From the NCBI RefSeq assembly GCF_018977255.1, contig NW_024704743.1, positions 110,300,001-110,364,000 of the forward strand: 64,000 nt of DNA, written 5' to 3'. Within the stretch, counting starts at the first letter, position 1; every line of letters begins with the position of its first letter. A program made the translations under genes and the position numbers. Positions 12,401 to 25,425 of this stretch are shown here, piece after piece. This DNA is from Callorhinchus milii. Its lineage: Eukaryota. Under the pieces are notes generated by a model, which did no database searches, was not told the DNA's origin, and saw only the letters and a program-made list of their open reading frames with translations.

Positions 12401-14559
12401 GCGCTTTGAGACGTCTCGAAGATGTGATATGACGCTATATCAAATGCAAGAATTCTTATTATTATTATTATCTTTAACGTATACCTCAGATGGGAGGTTG
12501 GTTTAAAGTATCAACCAAAGGAAGAAACAATGTAGTATCTCTGGCTGGGGCTGAAACCCACAACCTTCTGACTCAGAAGCGAGAGTTCTACCGACTAAGC
12601 CCGGCGATGTTAATTAAGAGATCTGTGAGAAATCCGAATAGGGGTGGTAAGAGGCAGGGGTACAACACCAGAAGTTATTTGGATGGACCAGATCCACCCC
12701 CTCACCTACCCCCCACACAGAGGATAGATCAGTTTGGAGCAGCGAGTTTCCTGAGCCCAACTTCACTATTTGAGAAATAATTCGATCCATGCAGTACTGC
12801 AGCTGTCATTATCCCAAACAAAGAAACTAGGGAATAGAGGGGTGTATGTGAAAGTAATGTGCAATGAAAACAGCAGCATGGACTAATCATGCCAAATGGA
12901 CTGTTTCCGTGCTGTGTGTTGTTGGCGAGGCACACACCAAAGATGATCTGTTGCATTGTCAGCTGAGCTGCCAGGGAAATTGAATGGGCATTAGACTAAA
13001 TCTTTGACTGTCAACTGCCTTGACTGCTGTGACGGATGGGCATTAGAGTGGGATTGTGTAGCATCCAGAAGTTAAGTGACAGACTCGCCAATTGCTTGTT
13101 CCTGAAGCTGGAAAGATGAAAAAGGTGAAAAGATGGAAAGCCTTGGCATAAACTCGGAGTTGAAGGGCTCACCGGAACACTCACTCAGTGTATTGAAGGA
13201 AAAGGAGTAGAATGAATATGCTGTAAAGTGAATTGACTGTATATTTGTGGGCTAAACGCAGCAGCCAATTGCGCACAGCAGTGTCCCACAAACAGTCGTG
13301 AGTTGAACATGAGGGAGAAAAGAATAGAAGGTTATGCTGATAGACTTAGTTGAGGAAGGGAAGGAGAAGGCTCATGTGGAGCATAAACACTGGCATAGAC
13401 CAGTTGTGCCGAATGGCCTGTTTCTGTGCTGTATATTCTATGTAATTCTATATGAATTGGGGGGAGGGAGAATAGGCGGGGTCAAGGGTGATTTGAACCC
13501 TGACTTTTGCAAACCGTAAATACCTGTTTCCGACTGTCAATTATATCCAATTATTAAAGTGAAGGGAGTTTCTGTCTCCCAACAATCCTCAAATAAATTT
13601 GTTCATTCACCTCATAGCTGTTCGTGAGACACTACTGTGTGCATATTGGCTGCTGCGTTCACCTACGAAATTCACAGTCATCATCTTGATGTGAAAGAAG
13701 CTATGCCAAATGTAAAGGTTATTATCTCCCTTTCCTGTGAAAAGACCTGAAAAAAAGGCCAGGAAGCACGTTGTAAGGCAAAGTGAGAGGAGATTTCTGA
13801 TGTTTCTCAATGTGTCCCTCGTAATTCTTATAATAAGAAAATGTTACCTTGTACATCAAGATCTCAGGTGAGTACACAAGGAAGTTGCATTTGGTATAGC
13901 CCCTCAGCACATCAAAAAATCTCAAAGTGCTAGTCATGCACACAGTGACATCCCAAAATAGCAAGGAAGCAAATGATCAATTTCTATCTGGCGGATTGAT
14001 GGCTAGTATACAAGGAGAAAATCCCTTCTCTTTTCCTATACTAGAGCAAGACCTTTAACAACCACTTAACAGGCACAGGCAGGACTCAGTATAATGTCTC
14101 ACCCAAGAGACAGCATCATCTCTGACATACTAACCCTCCCCCTCAGCTGGTGTGTCACCCAAGAATTTTTAAAAAATCAAGGACAACTTGAAAACTAGAG
14201 GAAAAAAATTTGTTGACATATTTTATGTCACATTTTATACAAAATGAAGAAAGAGGACGTCCACTCTCATCAAGTAAAATCCCTTCTCTGTCCTGAAATG
14301 ACCTTTCCTCCTCCGCCTGTGCTTTTCTGTCTTACTTTATCTCATCTTCGTAACTGGGTTAAGGAGAGAGATTGTTCAGAGTATCACTGCATGCGTTGTA
14401 TTGCAGTGAAGTTAAGTGCAGCACAAGAAAGGTGCCTTTGAAATTATCCGGAAACCAAGAGATTCACACTCAACACCAATATCTAGGTTGGACTCTATAA
14501 AAATACCAGGGTACTTTGTAAATAGCTTCGGAGCACACTTGCTTCTGAGAAAGAAAGTT

Positions 14560-14993
14560 GTGTGTTCCAAACCCGCATTGGACCCTTGTCTCCATTCAGA
14601 TCAACTTCAAGATCCTCGCCCTCACATACAAATCCCTTCATGCCCTAGCATCTGCCTACCTCACTGAACTGCTTGTACCCCACTTGTCTATCAACCCCCT
14701 TCACTCAGCTAACACAAGCCCTAGACCCCTCCACACCATCAGTGGCCACATACGTCACACATTCAATCATACGTCCCTAATCTCTGGTACTCCATTACCT
14801 CAGGCCCTCTGCCTCAACCCTTCTTTATCTATCTTTAAATCTCACCTGAAGATCTACCTCTTCGACCGTGCCTATGGTCACCCCACCCCCCCACTTTCTC
14901 AATTGCTTGGCATCCAACTCAACTACTGTGCAGTGCTCCGAGATGCTAATCAGCATGAAGGCTGCTATTATAAATGCAAATTGTTGTTGTTGA
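14560..14993 (+). mobile_element. Old L2 3' fragment (third tail type)
   Basis: INFKILALTYKSLHALA..YLTELL and FKSHLKIYLF. The tail ends ATAAATGCAAATTGTTGTTG. Confidence 0.85.
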
Positions 14994-16266
14994 GCTCATA
15001 GTCCATGCTGACACTATTGTGCATTACTGGAGAGGGAGGGCATTGCAGAAACAAGAGATGTTAAACAAAGGTCATATCTGCTTATTCTTCAGGTGGATAT
15101 AATAATTCTTGCATTTGACATATCACCTTATCACATCTTTGAAATCTCGCAAAGCGCTTAAACATCATGTGGTGGAATTCGAAAATGAGAAAGGAGTTTC
15201 TCCCAGTGTCCTGGTTGTTCGCCTCCTGGCTGTTTGTGTATCAACTAAAACTGAATTTAAGACATGTTGTCCAAATTTCTGCTCAATAAGTAGGGGTGTG
15301 TTCCCTCCGGAGAGAGCGAGAGAGAGAGTGAGAGAGAGAAAGAGAGCATGCTGTCATTAAGAGAATAACAGGAACCTTCATTCATATGTGAAAGTCTAAG
15401 TTGTGTTTGGAGACTCTTCAGCATGGTGGTGGGTTTCTGTTTCCATCAGAATCTCCCCCCCACCCAACCCCCTAAATCCCTGCCAGCTGACGAGAAAAAA
15501 CAAAACACCAGTCCTCACTTAATCGTGACCCAATTTTTGAATTTGCTGACACAATCTGCTTCCACCAACTCCCTGTGTGCAGCCGCATCCACACACTTAC
15601 CAGTGTGTCTCTCTGTGTAAAGTAATTAAATCTGAACTGTCTGTTCACCTTCCCTCTTTGCCGCTTGAGTGGTTTAGAAAAAAAATCTCTTATCAGCTTT
15701 GATTTCTACGAGTCCACTCGCTGCACTCAATTTACATAATACAGCACAAATCTTGTCATATTAGGTCAACCAACTCTGCGCGAGGTGACACTGTTTTGAC
15801 ATTAAGATGCCCAGGCTGAACAGCTGTACTTCTCTGAAGGGCTGGAAGGTCAAGTATTTAAAAATCTTCTCCTTGAAACATGTGGCTTAAAGGAACTAAT
15901 CATCCTAATAATAATAAAGTGTCTACAATGTCTCATCAGCCCTAGGGAGGGATACAAAGGTCGTGGCCGAAGACACAGTCAAAGATGTGTGTTTTGAGAC
16001 AGATTTTAAACGCAGAGAGGAAGGATACGAGACGGAGTGATTTAGAAGTAAAGAGCAAAGTGACTGAAAACTCATTCACTGATAGTGGAGTGGAGATGAC
16101 GACAGGGGGCAAGGGTGGGGGCCGATTGTGAAGCAGACTGGGGTTGACATAGCGGGGCAGTAAACTTGTGAGTGGTATTGCAGAAGCAAGATGGGGCAAG
16201 ATTGGGCAGAACCAAGTTCTCAAAGCAGCTGCTGCTGTTCCTCTCCCTCAGTATCTTTCTGCTTTT

Positions 16267-16932
16267 AACAACTTACATTTATATAGCGCCCTTCATGTGG
16301 TGTACCGTCCCAGAACGCTTAACAGGACGGAGTCTGATCCTGAGCTAGGGAGAGAGGGAGGGAGGAGGTAACCATAAGCACAATCACAAAGGAAGGTTTT
16401 TAGGCGGGACTTGAAAGTGGGGAATGAGCAGGCGAGGCGGAGGGTTTGAGGGAGAGAGTTATGAAGTTTCGGGGAGTTCTGGCTGAAGGCACGGCCATCG
16501 ATGGTGGAGCAGAGGAGACGAGGAACGAACAGGAAGGCGGAGCCAGCCCAGCGGAGGCAGTGGGTGAGAGGTAAGCAAATCGGATAAGTAGGGAGGTGCG
16601 AGGGCATGAAGGGATTTGAAAACAAGTGAGGATCTTGAAGTCGATCCATTCAATAATTGGGAACCAGTGGAGCCTGGCAAGGACTGGTGTGATGGAGGTG
16701 TGGAGTTTTGTGCGGGTGATTAATCTGGGCAGCAGAGTTCTGAATTAGTTGTATTTTGTGCATTGTGGAGCTGGGAAGACCAGCGAGGAGGGCATTGGAA
16801 TAGTCTAGGCAGGAAGTGACAAAGACGTGGATGAGGGTTGTGGTGTGAGGTACGGACAGAGGTGGGCAACGTAACGGAGATGGAAAAAAGTAGTCTGGGG
16901 CAGGGAACGGATGTGGGGTAGAAAGGAAGCTT
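16267..16932 (-). mobile_element. Old L2 3' fragment
   Basis: SFLPHIRS...FFHLRYVAHLCPYLT, GRAFS and FKSRLKTFL. The tail is GGGCGCTATATAAATGTAAGTTGTT. Confidence 0.85.
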
Positions 16933-17082
16933 TAAAGTAATACAGAGAATCTCCCAGCTCTCCGAGACACAACCCCACCTGAAGGGTGCTATATAAATGC
17001 AAGTTGTTGTTGTTAATTAATCTATTAATCATGGTCATTTGGCATCTGAAGGAAGAAAGGGGGAAACCGAAAGAAAAAAAAA

Positions 17083-17437
17083 TAATGTTTGCATTTGATA
17101 CAGTTCCTTTATCACATCATTGAAATGTCTCAAAGTACTTCACAGGATTTACTGTAAAGTGCGGTAACTAGCCCTAAAGGGAATGATTAATTGTTTATAT
17201 AGAGTACTATTAGCCAGGATGCTGGGAGAAACTCCCTTCTGTTTTTGAAAAGTGCTACAGGATCTTTAATGTCCACCCGAACAGGTAGGTGGGACCTCGA
17301 ATTAACATCTCATCCAAAGGACGGTCCTTTCAACAATTGTAGCAGTAACAACCTATAACTGTGAGTTCAAAGTCCCCGATATGAACTCATAACTTTCTGA
17401 GTCAGAATCGAGGGAACTACTGATTGAGCCAGGCTGA
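17083..17437 (-). mobile_element. Deu-domain SINE
   Basis: Head, Deu core (GATGAGATGTTAA, GACATTAAAGATCC) and tail, all on the minus strand. Confidence 0.75.
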
Positions 17438-18869
17438 CTGCTGAACCTTTTGTGAGAAGGGATGAAAGTAGTTTTATCTCATTACAGTCATTCTACAAAT
17501 CTATCACAAATGCTGCAACATTGAATACGTGCATGACTTGTCAACCTCAGGCAACCACCAGCAGCAACACGGCCAAACTGACAAGCCCGACATTGCTGAA
17601 TATGTCAGCTGTCACGCACCTGAGCCTTCCTGCTTTTACTCTGAACAAAAAGTATGTCAGACCTTCATTTCATAATGAGGAACTTCTGGAAGACATTTTT
17701 TAACCTTGTCCAGGGCGGAGAAATGTTGGAGAATGTGAAACTCGTAACAATAGTTTTGGATAAGCTAAGGGCACATCAAGAAATCACATATTCAAAGGGG
17801 GTTGTGAACATCCATTTCGAACAGCCATCTTTCTTTGCAGTGTGTTTATACCATCTCTGTGTATCTCTTTACACAGAGGATTCATGTTTGGAACTTGCTT
17901 TCAGCCAGCTTCTCTTGCCCAAACCCCACTTCCTTTGCTTCCCTTCCCCCCTCTCTGAAACATCCATTGACTGCAGCATTTCGTCCATAAAATATACATT
18001 CAATTCACAGTATATTCTGTGAAGCGCTTTGAGACGTCTCAACAGCATGATAAGGCTCTATATCAAAAGCAAGGATTATTATTATCCTCCTGATTGGAAA
18101 GACGCTATTTGAATGTAAATTGTTACTGTTATTGGAAGGGGAGATGATCACAAAGAGTGGTTGAGGCCAAGCCCTGGAACTGATTAAACAAACAGTTCTG
18201 TGCTCTCATAGGAAGACAGTAGGTATTCTAGTAGGATGAGATCAAATGAGCCGGAGGAACTTCCTCATCTGAACCTCTCTTTGTGATCTTGTTTGGAGAT
18301 CTATAGTATTTCTGGTAGGTGATCAAGACAAATGAGACATTAATTCAAGGTCCCATCTGCCTGTTCAGGTGGACAATAAAGATTACATTTGAATAGCAGC
18401 ACATTTTCTGCTGGTGTGCTGGCCAACAATCCTCCAGATAAATTATTTGTTTTCTTCATAGCTATTTGCAGAACCTGGCTCTGCAGAGATTGAGTGCTGT
18501 ATTTGCCTCATACACAGTGACTACACTTGATGCATAATTCAATGTTATAGGAACTACATCACATACAAGGATTATTATCTTTGTATTGAATTATGTAATG
18601 ATTTTCCCTTATTGTGGTCGAATTTAAGATTCCTTAGACTACAATTTGAGGTGTATAAATCGCGATTGAAGTTGCTAATTAACACGTGCATTGAATTAAA
18701 CAACCATATGATAATTAACACATTGACTGGTCCCCAGGGGTACTCACAAGAAGCAACTTTGCCTTGGATTTCCATCTCACAGATCACAGCATTTAAATGC
18801 TAGTTAGCGGGATATCTTAATATCATTATTATTGTAATGCGTTAAAAATTGGAGTGATTCATAATGCAT

Positions 18870-19190
18870 TCCTCATGATAATTATCCTAAAAGTTATCAC
18901 GTGTTTCTTATGATAATTATCACGTTACTTAGATTATCATGTGTTCCTTACACTATCACATGTTCCTTATAATTATCATGTGTTCCTTATAATTATCATG
19001 TGTTACTTAGATTATCACATGTTCCTTATGATAATTATCATGTGTTAGTTTTGCAAATCATTACCTGTTATTCATAATACATGCATGTTCCTTATGATAA
19101 TTATTGCATGTTCCTTATGATAATTTTTGTGTGTTCCTTATGATAATTATTGCTTTACTTATAATTATCACTTATCACAAGTGATAATTA
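18870..19190. repeat. Degenerate minisatellite, unit ~20-23 bp (TGATAATTATCATGTGTTCCTTA)
   Basis: About a dozen imperfect tandem units seen directly. Confidence 0.9.
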
Positions 19191-19469
19191 ATGCAAATTT
19201 CACCTTAATAATCTAAATCTAATAATCTAAAGTTTGGAGCCCTCTGTTGTGTCACATCCTCAGGAAATACCTTTAAAAAGTGTCAAGAATTCTCCAGCAC
19301 CCACCATTCAAGGTGAAGCACACCGTGAAAGGCAGAATTATTTGAGGACACTGACGGTCTCTTCTCCTTAGCATCACAATTATTTCTTCTCTGAAGAAGC
19401 ATATGGCTCTCACCGGAAGAGCATGTGAGCCATTTACGTGTGGATTTGCTTTACATAGACTTCACATAG

Positions 19470-19560
19470 AAATTTGCCTGAGGTTTCGCCCTGCCTGGGA
19501 ATCAAACCCAGGTCTCTCGCTTGCGAGGTGAGTGCTCTACCCACTGAGCTACAGGACTCC
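19470..19560 (-). mobile_element. Isolated tRNA-like head of SINE family B
   Basis: The reverse complement reads GGAGTCCTGTAGCTCAGTGGGTAGAGCACTCACCTCGCAAGCGAGAGACCTGGGTTTGATTCCCAGGCAGGGCGAAACC. Confidence 0.8.
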
Positions 19561-20299
19561 ACTGATAGATCCACTACTACGGTTTCAGCTCACAAGGTTA
19601 ACAGTAGTTCAGTATGATGAATCCCTGCTCCAAATAACTAGGCTGCCCCCCCAGTGCTACCGATCAGCCATGCTGGCTGGTCTGTCATCAGCATTGAGCT
19701 CCTGCTTGGGTCACAAAGGTAGACACAAACGGTTAACCCAATTCTGAAAATCCGTTGATAAGCAGGTCACCTTAAAGCCAGCTCAGTTCCTCATGTCTAA
19801 AAAGACTCTCTTACCTCTTCCACCCGCCCCACCCCATCTCCCACAGCCAGATAGATATGGCCTTTCCCTGTTTCCAGTTTCCCATGTCCCTTACAGCGCT
19901 CAGAATATTGAGGAAAAAATCAGTGTCAGAATTAGAATTTAACATGGACTTTGGGGAACTGAGACTTGCAGTAACATAATCCTGAGGTTATTCTATCGTT
20001 TTCAGTCAGACACATTAAGGTGAATGTGTACTGTGCTTTGTGTCAGTCTGCCCCCTGGAGTATTTGAATACAGTTCTGATCGTCTTGTCACAAAAGCCCC
20101 GCCCGCAGGCCTAGAGGCTGCACAGAAGAGAGCAACGAACCAAATGCTCATTTTTAGAGAATTAATCCATGAGGAAAGACAAGATAAACTTGAGTTATTC
20201 AACCTCAAAAAGAGACACCCAGAAGGGACCTTATGCATATTTGCAAGATTCTAAGTAGGATTGAGTGATTGACCCAGAAACAATACTTTTAGAAACACC

Positions 20300-20520
20300 A
20301 AGACAGCAAAGCAGGGCACAAGTGGTGAAGGGCAATTTCAGGGCAGACACTGGGAAGTATTTTGTTACAGAGAAGAGAAACAACAGCTGCAACGGGGCTT
20401 ACCAGGAAGGGTAGTTGAGGCCAGGACACTGGGACTCATTTAAGAAACGGCTTAATGGGAAAGGTGGATACTTAGGAAAGATGGGATCAAGTGGGTCGGA
20501 GAATCTTGCTCATCATGTAT
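20300..20520 (+). mobile_element. CR1-clade LINE 3' fragment
   Basis: GCAGGGCACAAG...TTCAGGGCAGACACTGGGAAGTATTTTGTTACAGAG (RGH...FR.D..KYF motif), homologous to 28770-29020. Confidence 0.75.
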
Positions 20521-20925
20521 TATAACCACAAGCATTCCTTAATGAAGACTGAATTCAGCACGCTGCTCTCGGGTTCCATCCTCTCTTGCTGGTTTAGGCC
20601 CCACCCTACCTCCATCATTATAATTCCTTAAATGGCATTACTATCGTCACTTTAGGTCACTGACTATATGAAGCCGTTTTCATATTGCCAACACATCAGG
20701 AGCTTGGAGCGTCTCTGAGGAACAGGCTCTGGCCCATAACAACAACTTGCATTTATATGGAGTTCTTCGAGTGAGGTAGTGCCTCGGAGTGCTTAACCGT
20801 AAATACAAATTTTCTAGCACCTTTCACATCGGGAGGATGTCCCGAGGCATTTAAACATCCTGGCTTGGCACCTCACTGGGAGTGGGAGCTGAGAGGGGGC
20901 AAGGAAAGAAGACCAAAAGTGTGGT

Positions 20926-21231
20926 TAATAATAATAATCATCCTTGAATTTGATACAGCGCTTTTCACATCTTCTAGATGTCTCAAAATGCTTCACAGAA
21001 TATATTGTAAAGTGAATTGACTGCATATTTGTGGGCGAAACACAGCAGCCAATTGTGCACAGCAGTTTCCCACAAACAGTCGTAGCCAGTGACCAAATTA
21101 TTTGTTTTTTTTCTTGAGGGATTATTATCAGGCATGTGGAGTAAGGAAACTTGCCCAAAGTTTTGCCCTGCCAGGAATCAAACCCAGGTCTCTCCCATGT
21201 GAGGCGAGCGCTCTAACCACTGAGCTACAGG
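20926..21231 (-). mobile_element. SINE family B, short variant
   Basis: Same structure as 5790-6098. Confidence 0.85.
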
Positions 21232-22329
21232 TCAAAGAGGTAGATCTTGAGATGGACCTTGAACAATATCTCGATCGTCAGAGAAGTGTATCAAGTGTTT
21301 TCTTTTTGGTCACTAAACACAGAGCACAGAGTGACACAAGATGAAAAGGTTTTCACTCCTTCGCTCCCTCACCCTCTGCTATAAAAGCTTTCCCAAAATC
21401 CTGTCTATAATTACACCAGCGCAGACGCTGCTTTGTTCAGGAAATTGGGTGGCTCTTTGGAATTCCACCGCCAGAGGAGCTTGTACAGCTCTACGCAGAC
21501 ACGATCTGACAATTATACAGCCGGCATGACTGACAGCTCACCCATCATCATAATAAAGCCTTGGAACTCTTTCAAAAGCTCAACATGCTACAATTAGAGC
21601 GCACGTCACAGCTCCCCATTTACACTGATATTACAAATGTGCTTTGTACGTTGTTCCAAAATCGTGCGACTGTGTTAAATGCGTGTGTTAGTAGTTGTGT
21701 TAGTGCGTGTGTTAGATGCATGCATGTGGGCATCTGTGTGAGTACATACGTGTGTATGTGCACATGGCGTGTGTCAGCAAGGCTCAATTACTAACACTGT
21801 CATCTCTACAACAACAACAAGATTCCATTTATAAGTCAGAAGATTGTGGGTTCAAGCCCCGCATAAAGCTTTTTAATTCATAGTTTGGGCTGCGCTCCAG
21901 TGCAGTGCTTGGGGAAGTGCTGCCTTGGCGGAGGTACTTTCCTTTGAATTAGATGTTAAACTGAGACCCCATCTAGTTGCTCAGCTATCAAGGCCAACAA
22001 TCTCCTTCCTGGCTATTTGTGAGACATTGCTGTGTGCAAATTGTGGGTTGCGTTTGCTTACTAAATACACAGTCATTGCACTGCATTGCAGTGAATAATT
22101 GTGTAAAACACTTTAAGACGTCTTCCCGAAAAGTGCTGTATTAAATATTATATTTCACTAGTATTTGTGAGGGAAGGGAAGGAGAAGTGAATCCATGCAT
22201 GCCAATACATTACCAAACCCCGGAAGTTGGAGATTTTACTTGGTATGTTGACCCACCCACTATAAATCCCCACTGGAGCTACCCGTCTGTCCTCTTTGTT
22301 CCCCATTGATAACACCCTGATACTAGCTC

Positions 22330-22535
22330 CCACACCATAGCCACTCTGGGCTCTCTAGAGGGCATCTCAGCTGAGTCTGACCTCTCCGCAACCGACTGCC
22401 ACACACATGATGTGATGAAGCATGCTGTTGAGAGACAAAAATCAGGAAGCCTATCTGGTTTTCCCCTCCCTAATCCTGGGAAGACTGACACCAATTTAGA
22501 TCAGCTGAGATCAGCAAACTCAGCACAGACCAAAG
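22330..22535 (-). mobile_element. Ancient SINE fragment, AmnSINE2-like
   Basis: The reverse complement GGTCTGTGCTGAGTTTGCTGATCTCAGC...AGGGAGGGGAAAACCAG resembles the remembered AmnSINE2 consensus. A related copy lies at 39900-40170. Confidence 0.5.
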
Positions 22536-22554
22536 AAGTGTACGGCACAAAAGA

Positions 22555-22930
22555 AGGCCATTCGGCTCATCATGTCTCTGCCGGCTCCTTCAAAGAACAA
22601 CCGTTTCTGTCCCATTTACCTGCTCTTTCCCCATAACTCTGTTGCTGATTATTTTTAAGGTATCTCCCTCTTGAAGGCCAATATGGATTCTGCTTCAACC
22701 ACTGCTCTGAGCAATGCTTCCCATATCTAACTATTCTCTGCATGAAAAAATAGTCTCCAAACCTCCCCATTTGCTCGTTCACTAACCATCTTAAACTAAT
22801 AACTCACTGACAGGTGGAAATAATTTCTCTCTCCTGACTCTATCAATACCTCTGATATTTTTAAAGACCACTGGCAGGTCACCCCTCAACCTTATTTGTC
22901 CCCGTGGAAAAAGTCTCAGTTCCTCCAAAC
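22555..22930 (-). mobile_element. CR1-clade LINE 3' fragment
   Basis: The minus strand reads RFGDYFFMQRIVRYGK (CR1 FF.QRVV..WN motif), and a CR1-like tail follows. Confidence 0.7.
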
Positions 22931-25109
22931 TCGGCTCAGAAGGCAAACCACCCAATCCCCAATGATCGTCCTGGACTGGAAGCTGCAGCTCGATTCACTG
23001 CACCATTCACCCCTCCAGATCCCTTTTTAAAATAAGGTCTGGGGGCTGGAGAAAGGGGATGGAGGCTGCAGAATCACAAAGAGAATGTTTGTGGCCTTTA
23101 GCTATGCTGAATCAGAATTGCTGCAGCACTCGATTTTGCTAAAGAATAAGCTACTCCCTGCATTGCCTGTTCACTGCAGTCTGGATGCAGGTTCAGATGA
23201 AATTATTCTTTGGAGACGAGCAGTAAGCACTTAAAGCTGACACATTAAAAACTGCAGCAGGAGCCTGAGCATTGAGAGAGAGAAAGAGAGAAAGGGAGAG
23301 AGAGAAAGAGAGTGGAGGAGGAAGCGTGAATACACTAATAAGGGTCTCCGCAGGGAAATCCTCCGCACTCCCACTCTCTGAGCAGATGTAACGCATGTGA
23401 GATATTGTCCTTCGTTCTGTTTTCACATTGTCTCTCCATAACTCACAAGACTAAAAGAAAGAAAAAAGAATCACTTAAATACAGTAATTCCCACTCAACA
23501 TCCAAAATAATTATTTCCTCCATAGAACTGGAGAGAACAGAAAAGAAGGAAGCCTTTCAGAGCACTGTGCCTGTCTCTGAAAGAGCTCCTTGTTTTGTCC
23601 CATTCACTTGCCTCCCCCGCTCCCCCCCATACCATATCATTTTATATTTTTCCTTTTCAGATGTTTGCCTACAAAATACACACTTTACAGCATATTCTGT
23701 GAAGTGCTTTAGACTCCTCCTGACATGCGAAAGCCGCTGTATCATATGCAATGATTATTGTTATTATTTATATAATTCCCTCTAAATAGCAAATATGGAT
23801 TCTACCTTGAGCCCATTCATGGGTAGGGCATTCCACGTTTTAACAATCTTCTGTGTAAGTGTTCAGGTGCAATGTGAAGATGGGTAGAGGGGAGCAAGGC
23901 AGAGGGATTTAGGTTGGGAGTTGCAGAGGTCCTCAAGAACATTAAGATCAAAAGAGAGGCTTGATGAAGAAGTGCCCTCCGGCTCATTTGCAGGTGTCAG
24001 CCTGGTTCAGTCAGTAGCACTCTGCCACATATCGTCTGCAAAATACGGTCACGATACTTTACCGTAAATTGTGTGAAGTGCTTTTTTAGACACCCTCCTG
24101 ACATGAAAGGTTCTATATCAAGTGCAAGGGTTATTGTTATAATGCTTGCCCTACCGATCTCTATTACAGCACCAAGCTGTTTCTTAAACATTCCCAGAGT
24201 TACAAAGTCTGGGTGGAGGGGGAAAAGGAGTCTGAAAGCTCATCTACCAATGATGGGGAGACCAGTCAGGCAAAGTGGGAGCAGGTCTAAGTTAGCAGAA
24301 CGAAGGGAGTAGGAATGGAGGAGTTTGATCGATGTTTGGGTGGAGCAAGGCCATGAAGGCATTTGAAAGTTAGAACCAAGATCTTCAAGTCAGTCCACTG
24401 GGCAATAAGAGGCAAAGTGGGGTCTCTTCCTGTGTCAGGGGTAGACTAACATCATTAACCAGTCTGCTCCAAGATGTACTCTTCACTTAGAATAAAGGGC
24501 GTAAGTCAAAGACACATTAGACAGTGAACATGACTGTGTCAATGAGCTGATTGCATGCCAGAAACAATGTACAAGTCCACATACTATAGACATGGACTAT
24601 AGCTCCATCTACTGAGCCTACCTGTATTGCACCATAAGTTCATCCTTCAAAAGGGCATTGGAGAGCTTGCTGAAAAAGGAAAGAGGTAAAAATGTGAGTG
24701 GGGGAGAGGGAAGAAAGAGCAGTGTCATGTACTAAATAGATGGCTCTGTTATAGAGGCAAATACAGGTACGATGGGCCAAATGGCCTCCTTCTGCGTTGT
24801 GGAATTCTATGATTGTGAATCATCTCTGAATTGGAGAGTCGTGGAATTTCACAGAATAAGATGACAGACCAATAGTCCTATCTGTCTGGTCGGATGAGGA
24901 GTAAGACCCTGCAGAAGCACTCGAATATCCCAGGGACCTGGCCTGAATAATGTCAAGTTCTATGATTCTATTCACTTCATACAGGTGCCAAGACAGCAGA
25001 ATAAGAGAGCACCACTTTAGGGTTGTAAAGGGCCATTAAGTATATACCGCCAATTTGGTAACAGCGAGAAGGTTTTGCTGAAGTTTACAATCTGAAGTTT
25101 ACTTCAGTG

Positions 25110-25425
25110 TAGAGGGAAGCCACCGTCTTTCAGATGAGATGTTAAACCGAGGTCCCATCTGCTTGTTCAGGTGGACATTAAAGATCCTGTGGTGCTATTC
25201 GAAAAGAGAATAGAGTTTCTCCTCATGTCCTGGCCAATAATCCCCCAATAAAAATTGGTCATTCATTTCATGGATGTTTGTAAGACATTCTGTGCACAAC
25301 TTGACTGCCGCATTTGCTCTCAAAACACTTATTTACTCAATTTTACAGTATATAACCTGTGAAGCGCTTTGATATGTTCTCCCAAAGTGAAACATGCCAT
25401 GCAAAATGTTAATAGTAATAATCCT
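25110..25425 (+). mobile_element. Deu-domain SINE
   Basis: CCGTCTTTCAGATGAGATGTTAAACCGAGGTCCCATCTGCTTGTTCAGGTGGACATTAAAGATCC. Confidence 0.8.

Noticed and set aside
18870..19190. CRISPR-like array
   Set aside because: The units are tandem with no unique spacers, the context is eukaryotic, and there are no cas genes.
23180..23228. Possible plus-strand 43-nt exon (CTGCAG|...GCA|GTAAGC)
   Set aside because: The pyrimidine tract is weak, the length is not frame-preserving and the peptide is unrecognised, so it cannot be supported.
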